DNA of 64,000 bases from Candidatus Multivorans sp. (GTDB taxonomy: Bacteria > Acidobacteriota > Thermoanaerobaculia > Multivoradales > Multivoraceae), in contig OZ245033.1 of NCBI GenBank assembly GCA_965224025.1, positions 2,112,001 through 2,176,000 on the forward strand. Reading direction: 5' to 3'. How positions within the stretch are numbered: the stretch's first letter is position 1; the number at the start of each line of letters is the position of its first letter. The notes below the pieces were generated by a model. The model searched no databases. It saw only the letters and a list, made by a program, of their open reading frames with translations, and was not told the DNA's origin. This document shows, one piece after another, positions 59,177-64,000 of this stretch. The translations under genes were made by a program, and so were the position numbers.

Positions 59177-59861
59177 GAGGATCTCCTCCTTCGGGCTGCG
59201 GCGCGGTTCCCTTCCCGCAGCGGCGGCGGGATGTGCCGCGGTCCTCGTCCTGGCGCCGGCCATTGTGCCAGTTGCCGCCGCTTCGGATTCGGCTGCCGTC
59301 AAACCCGGTCGCATCGCCGTTCTGGTCGCCGGCCGGGAAGACGATCGCATCTCCATGGTGGTCGACGCGGCGGCGTTCTGGAACCGGGCCGCCTCCGCCG
59401 TGGGATTCGCTTCCGCGTTCGCCGATCCGCTGCTCGTGTCGCCCCCGCGGAGCCTGCGGCCGTTCGAGAACTACGCGCACCAACTCTCGCAACTCGCCGG
59501 CCGCCTGCACTCGTCGGATCCCGGCCCCGAGCCTCCGGAGGCGCTCTTCGCGGTCGATGCGGAGGTCGTCGTGCTGCTGTCGGCGCAGAATCTCATGCCC
59601 TTCGCCTGGCCGTATGGGGAGGACGGGCGCCACTTCGTCGCCGTGCCGTCGGGTGACGAACGCGAAGACGTGACCCGGAACGTGATCGCGCACGAGCTGG
59701 GGCATGTGCTTGGCTTGGAACACATTCGCGAGCCCGGCGTTCTGATGTGCCAGCCGTGCGACACCTCGTCCGCGCGCAGCCGTGACCAGCCCCGGTTCCT
59801 GCCGCTCACCGACCTCGACCGCGAGCGGCTTCGCACCTTCCTGGAGGGAACTCGACCATGA
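59175..59861 (+). CDS. Matrixin-like zinc metallopeptidase; start uncertain
   Basis: HELGHVLGLEH followed by VLM Met-turn. Confidence 0.7.
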   Translation: MRISSFGLRRGSLPAAAAGCAAVLVLAPAIVPVAAASDSAAVKPGRIAVLVAGREDDRISMVVDAAAFWNRAASAVGFASAFADPLLVSPPRSLRPFENYAHQLSQLAGRLHSSDPGPEPPEALFAVDAEVVVLLSAQNLMPFAWPYGEDGRHFVAVPSGDEREDVTRNVIAHELGHVLGLEHIREPGVLMCQPCDTSSARSRDQPRFLPLTDLDRERLRTFLEGTRP

Positions 59862-61522
59862 CGTCTACTGCTGGAAACGTTTGGACCCGCAGGCGCTTCA
59901 TCGCCACGACCGCCGCGGCCGCCGCAGGCGCCGGACTCGCCCGCTCGCCCGCTGACGCTCAGGACGGCTGGCGCGCCGGATCGCTCCAGCACCTGATCCC
60001 CGCGGCGAGCCACGATCGCGTGGCGCTCAAGTGCTCGTTCGCGGCGCCGCTTGACTTCGTGCCGATGCTGCGGATCGGCCGCCGCCTGGTTGCGGGCCGC
60101 AGCACGGACTCCGAGCGGCGCTTCTTTTCCTTCGACACCACCGGCCTGGAGCCGGATGTCGAGTACAGCCTGCAGCTTCTAGGCGGCGGCGAGGCGCTGT
60201 GCGATTCGTGGCCGCTCCGAACTTTCCCTTTGCCGTCGGCGCAACCCGAGTCGGTGCGGTTTCTGGTCTACACCTGCGCCGGCGGCCACCCGGAAGCGGG
60301 CGGCGACCAACCGCACTTCCTGCCCCTCGCCGTCCGCCGCCGGCTGCTGCGCCGGGCGCTCTCCTTCCGGCCGCGGGCGTTGATCGCGATCGGCGACCAC
60401 ATCTACTGGGACCAGCGCACGTTGCTCGACAACCGCGGCGAGGAGCGCGGCCGTGCGGCGCGCGAGTTCTACGAGCGGATCGGTTGGCTCGACCTGAGCC
60501 AGCCGGCCCTCGGCACTCCGAACGAGACGTCGATCAAGGCGGCCGCCGGGCCGCAGATCGCGGATCTCTACGGCGTGATGCTGCGGTCTGTGCCGTCCTA
60601 CTTCGTCAGCGACGACCACGACTACTACGAGAACGACGACGCCGACCCGCAGATGATCACCCTGCCGCCGGACCGCTACCAGCTTGAGTTCGCGCGCTTC
60701 ACCCGCAACGCGTACCTGCCCGAGTTCCTGCCCGACATCGAACGTCCGCTGGCGATGTCAGGCGCCGGCGCCGGCGACCGGGCGCCCGGCATCTCCGAGG
60801 CCTTCGGCACCTTCCGGTATGGCCAACTGGCCGAAGTCCTCATCTACGACTGCGCCCGCCACCTCTCGCTCAAGGGCGCCCACGCGGGTTTGGTGCCGCC
60901 GGAGGCGGAGCACTGGCTGCACCAGCGCACCCGGGACCAGGGCGTGGCGCAGTTGTTTCACGTCCCGTCCCACCCGTTCGGCTGGTCGGCGGGCAAGTGG
61001 CGCGAGTGGTACCCGGACGTGGCCGACCTCGACGACGGCGGCGCCACCGTGTCACGGATCGGCGACTTCGCCGGCAGCAACTTCCGGCTGACAACAAAGC
61101 GCGAGAAGTACTTCTGGCAGAAGGGGTGGTGGCGCCAGCATCAGCGTCTGCTCGAGTCGTTGGCGTCGCAGTCGAGACGGCCGGGCGTCGTGCTCTCGGG
61201 CGACCTGCACGCGATCGGCCATTCGGCCCTCATGCGGAGCGGCGACCTCGACCTGTCCGGGAATCCGGTCCACGCCGTGCTCACCGGGCCGGTGGGCACC
61301 CTGCGCGGCTGGCCCTCCGCGGCGCGCGGCACGCCGCCTCTTGCCGCCACCGGGCTGGTTCACGATGTGCGGGGCGAGACCTTCGAGAAGAACGGCTTCG
61401 CGCTCTTCGACGTGTCGCCGTCCGAGATCACGGTGCGACTCTTCGCGTGGAAGACTGGCGAGCCCGAGTCGGCGATCGACGAGCTCGAGCCGTATCACAC
61501 GTCGGTGATCCGCCGGGGCTGA
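59858..61522 (+). CDS. Tat-exported PhoD-like metallophosphoesterase
   Basis: TRRRF Tat signal, GDHIYWD, DDHDYYEN, LSGDLH. Confidence 0.8.
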   Translation: MTSTAGNVWTRRRFIATTAAAAAGAGLARSPADAQDGWRAGSLQHLIPAASHDRVALKCSFAAPLDFVPMLRIGRRLVAGRSTDSERRFFSFDTTGLEPDVEYSLQLLGGGEALCDSWPLRTFPLPSAQPESVRFLVYTCAGGHPEAGGDQPHFLPLAVRRRLLRRALSFRPRALIAIGDHIYWDQRTLLDNRGEERGRAAREFYERIGWLDLSQPALGTPNETSIKAAAGPQIADLYGVMLRSVPSYFVSDDHDYYENDDADPQMITLPPDRYQLEFARFTRNAYLPEFLPDIERPLAMSGAGAGDRAPGISEAFGTFRYGQLAEVLIYDCARHLSLKGAHAGLVPPEAEHWLHQRTRDQGVAQLFHVPSHPFGWSAGKWREWYPDVADLDDGGATVSRIGDFAGSNFRLTTKREKYFWQKGWWRQHQRLLESLASQSRRPGVVLSGDLHAIGHSALMRSGDLDLSGNPVHAVLTGPVGTLRGWPSAARGTPPLAATGLVHDVRGETFEKNGFALFDVSPSEITVRLFAWKTGEPESAIDELEPYHTSVIRRG

Positions 61523-61536
61523 TTCGATCGAGGGGC

Positions 61537-61565
61537 GGATGCGGGCGAGACGCCCGCGTTCCCAG
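61537..61565 (+). repeat. REP-like palindrome GGATGCGGGCGAGACGCCCGCGTTCCCAG
   Basis: Same stem as 31286 with a compensatory A-T to G-C change. Confidence 0.8.
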
Positions 61566-61620
61566 GGAAGACTCACCGTTCCGGCTGTGTCGGGAGGACG
61601 TCATTCGGTACTGTTCGCCG

Positions 61621-63249
61621 ATGCCCGAGTCGAGCAGGGATCGGAAACGTCGCGGGAAGCAGAGCAAGGGCCTCTTCACCCGCTTCCTGAACGTAGTCGA
61701 GTTCCTCGGCAACCTGCTGCCGCACCCGGTGACCTTGTTCGCCGTGCTTTCCGTGGTCGTACTCCTGGTCTCGGGGGGCGCCGCGTTGTTCGACGTGCAG
61801 GTCGTCGACCCGCGGCCCGCCGGCGCGTCCGGCCGCGCGGAGGACGGCATGATCCGCGCCGTCAGCCTGCTCAATCCGGAGGGGATGCGGCGCATCGCGA
61901 TGAACCTGGTGACGAACTTCACCGGCTTCGCGCCCCTGGGGACGGTCCTGGTCGCTCTGCTGGGTGTCGGCGTCGCGGAACGGTCGGGTTTGTTGAGCGC
62001 TCTGCTTCGAGCGTTGGTTCTCGGGGCGCCGCGCAACCTGCTGACCGCGGTCGTGGTGTTTGCCTCGGTGGTCTCGAACACCGCTTCCGAGATGGGGTAC
62101 GTGGTCCTGATTCCGCTGGCGGCGGTCGTGTTCCGCGCCGTCGGCCGTAATCCGCTGGTCGGTCTGGCGGCCGCGTTTGCCGGCGTTTCGGGGGGCTACT
62201 CCGCGAACATTCTGATCGGCACCGTGGACCCGCTGCTGGCCGGGATCACGACGGAAGCCGCGCGTCTGATCGATCCCTCCTACGCGCCGGGGGGCGCGAA
62301 CGAGGTCCAAGCGACCGCGAACTACCTGTTCATGTTCGTGAGCACCTTCATGATCACGACGATCGGCACCCTGGTGACGACGAAGATCGTCGAGCCCAAG
62401 CTCGGCGTGTTCGATCCGAACCGGGCGGCGGACGACCTGGAGGATCCGGAAGAGGGTCTGAAGACGCTGTCGAAGGAAGAGAAGCGCGGGCTGAAGCTGG
62501 CCGGCGTCACGCTGGTCGCGATGCTGGGCGGGCTGGCGCTGCTCGCTCTCCCGGAGAACGGGTGGTTCCGCGACCCGGCGGTGAACGCGCTCCTGATCGA
62601 CGATCTGCGGCCCATGCTGCGCAGCGTCGTGTCGCTGATCTTCGTCTTCTTCATCGTTCCGTCGATCGTCTACGGCCGGGCCACGGGATCGCTGCGCAAC
62701 GACCGCGACGTGATCGACGGCATGGGCCGGTCCATGAGTTCGCTGGGCCCCTACCTGGTGCTCGTCTTTTTCGCCGCCCAGTTCGTCTCGTTCTTCAACT
62801 GGACCAACCTGGGCACGATCACGGCGGTCGTCGGCGCCGATCTGCTGACCCGCTTCGACCTCACCGGGCCGATCGTCTTCGTGCCCTTCATCCTCATGTG
62901 CTGCTTCGTCAACCTGATGCTCGGCAGCGCGTCCGCCCAGTGGGCGGTGACGGCGCCGATCTTCGTGCCGATGCTGATGACCGTGGGCTACAGCCCGGAA
63001 GTGATCCAGGCCGCGTACCGGATCGGCGACTCGACGACGAACATCATCACGCCGATGATGAGCTACTTCGGCCTGATTCTCGCGGTGGCGATGCGCTACG
63101 ACCGGAATTTGGGGATCGGCACCCTGATCGCGACGATGATCCCGTACTCGATCACCTACCTGATCGGTTGGGTGTCGCTCTTCTACATCTGGGTGTTCGC
63201 GCTGGGCCTGCCGGTCGGTCCCGGGTCGCCGACCTACTACTCTCCGTGA
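61621..63249 (+). CDS. abgT: AbgT-family transporter
   Basis: VEFLGNLLPHPVTLF, FTGFAPLG, GVSGGYSAN, AYRIGDSTTNIITPM. Confidence 0.9.
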   Translation: MPESSRDRKRRGKQSKGLFTRFLNVVEFLGNLLPHPVTLFAVLSVVVLLVSGGAALFDVQVVDPRPAGASGRAEDGMIRAVSLLNPEGMRRIAMNLVTNFTGFAPLGTVLVALLGVGVAERSGLLSALLRALVLGAPRNLLTAVVVFASVVSNTASEMGYVVLIPLAAVVFRAVGRNPLVGLAAAFAGVSGGYSANILIGTVDPLLAGITTEAARLIDPSYAPGGANEVQATANYLFMFVSTFMITTIGTLVTTKIVEPKLGVFDPNRAADDLEDPEEGLKTLSKEEKRGLKLAGVTLVAMLGGLALLALPENGWFRDPAVNALLIDDLRPMLRSVVSLIFVFFIVPSIVYGRATGSLRNDRDVIDGMGRSMSSLGPYLVLVFFAAQFVSFFNWTNLGTITAVVGADLLTRFDLTGPIVFVPFILMCCFVNLMLGSASAQWAVTAPIFVPMLMTVGYSPEVIQAAYRIGDSTTNIITPMMSYFGLILAVAMRYDRNLGIGTLIATMIPYSITYLIGWVSLFYIWVFALGLPVGPGSPTYYSP

Positions 63250-63333
63250 CGGTGGACGGCGTGTCAAAAGTCCCTGCTAGACTCGTCCGCGAGCCCTGAG
63301 AGAGAGAGCCTGCGCGGAGGAGGGGAGATCGCC

Positions 63334-63540
63334 ATGGCTAGGCCCGGACCAACTACATTCGCCAAGCGCCAGCGGGAAATCCGCAAACGTCAGAGGCGCC
63401 AGGAGAAGCTGGAGCGCCGAGCTCAGCGCAAGATAGAGAAGGAACAGGCGGCCGATGAGGCGCCCGTCGACCTTTCGGGGGAGGATCCCGATATCGCCGG
63501 CATCGTGCCCGGCCCGCAGCCGCTGCCGGATTGGGACTGA
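63334..63540 (+). CDS. Small basic/acidic hypothetical protein
   Basis: Strong SD; KRQRE..QEK..RR then EDPDIAGIVPGPQP. Confidence 0.7.
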   Translation: MARPGPTTFAKRQREIRKRQRRQEKLERRAQRKIEKEQAADEAPVDLSGEDPDIAGIVPGPQPLPDWD

Positions 63541-63564
63541 GTCGCGGGTCGTCCTGCCGGCCGC

Positions 63565-63635
63565 AACCCGGGTGGCGCAATCTTGCGCCACCCGTGAACC
63601 ACTCCGTGCGCCCGTCACCGGGCGCACGGATGGCA
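63565..63635 (-). repeat. Double-hairpin element, copy 3
   Basis: Same stems as copies 1 and 2 with different loops. Confidence 0.9.
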
Positions 63636-63693
63636 CGCCAAAGTGCTTTCCAATCCTGAACTGGAGATTGGAACGGACTAGAGTCAAGCGGCT

Positions 63694-64000
63694 ATGAGTA
63701 GTAGCCGTCTCCGGCGCGCGGTCCACTTCGTCCCTGGTGGCAACGAGCGGATGCTCGCCAAATCCCTGGGCCTCGAGGCGGACACGCTGATCCTGGACCT
63801 CGAGGACGCGGTGACGCCGGACCGCAAGGAGGACGTGCGCCGCGAGGTTGCCGGGTGGCTCAGGGCAACCGACTTCGGCGGCAAGGAACGCGCGGTACGG
63901 GTCAACGACCTGATGACGCCGTGGGGCCGCGAGGACTACGAGGTCACGATGGAGCATCCGCCGAACGCGTACGTCGTGCCCAAGGTCAGCGGAGTCGACG
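63694..64000 (+). CDS. CitE-like CoA ester lyase (3' end outside window)
   Basis: RRAVHFVPG, ILDLEDAV, VRVN, VVPKV. Confidence 0.85.
   Translation, partial: MSSSRLRRAVHFVPGGNERMLAKSLGLEADTLILDLEDAVTPDRKEDVRREVAGWLRATDFGGKERAVRVNDLMTPWGREDYEVTMEHPPNAYVVPKVSGVD

Noticed and set aside
4002-63267. Long antisense or alternate-frame ORFs (e.g. 4002-5315, 8357-9688, 10147-11577, 55066-56742, 61573-63267)
   Set aside because: Shadow ORFs of high-GC coding sequence overlapping motif-supported genes
63648-63673. Inverted repeat TTCCAATC/GATTGGAA before the citE-like gene
   Set aside because: Single 8-bp stem; cannot distinguish operator, terminator or chance
1-64000. CRISPR array or cas genes
   Set aside because: No regularly spaced repeat-spacer series or Cas motifs seen; repeats are dispersed or coding

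Overview
GC-rich bacterial chromosome segment. Acidobacteriota-like gene content is my inference, not a database result. Order: glycosyltransferase and nucleotide-sugar cluster; lptD-ruvX-mltG; a decayed defence/mobile island (~12.0-22.4 kb: PIN toxin pair, BREX type 3 remnant, HigA-HTH/nuclease fusion remnant, IS3 fragment, IS110, a cargo-carrying IS1595 element with a methyltransferase-nuclease passenger, MNT-HEPN); XRE-nucleotidyltransferase pair; ECF sigma with VWA partner; metY; tRNA-Glu; a split kexin-like S8 protease with 60 consecutive prolines; a PP-loop/AraC fusion; a His-rich TonB-dependent receptor preceded by a CxxC/RGPP uORF; several uncharacterised exported proteins; a broken McrBC; Uma2, TonB, CocE, PhoD-like and AbgT genes. 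Best unexplained signals: (1) a ~69-bp double-hairpin element present three times, in two cases inserted inside a second REP-like palindrome; (2) a leader with four alternately oriented copies of a motif overlapping an RBS/start codon, giving attenuator-like 1:2/2:3/3:4 pairing; (3) the IS1595 cargo element; (4) a CruR-like arrest-peptide uORF; (5) many genes collapsed by internal deletion. All protein calls come from motif recognition by eye; no searches were run.
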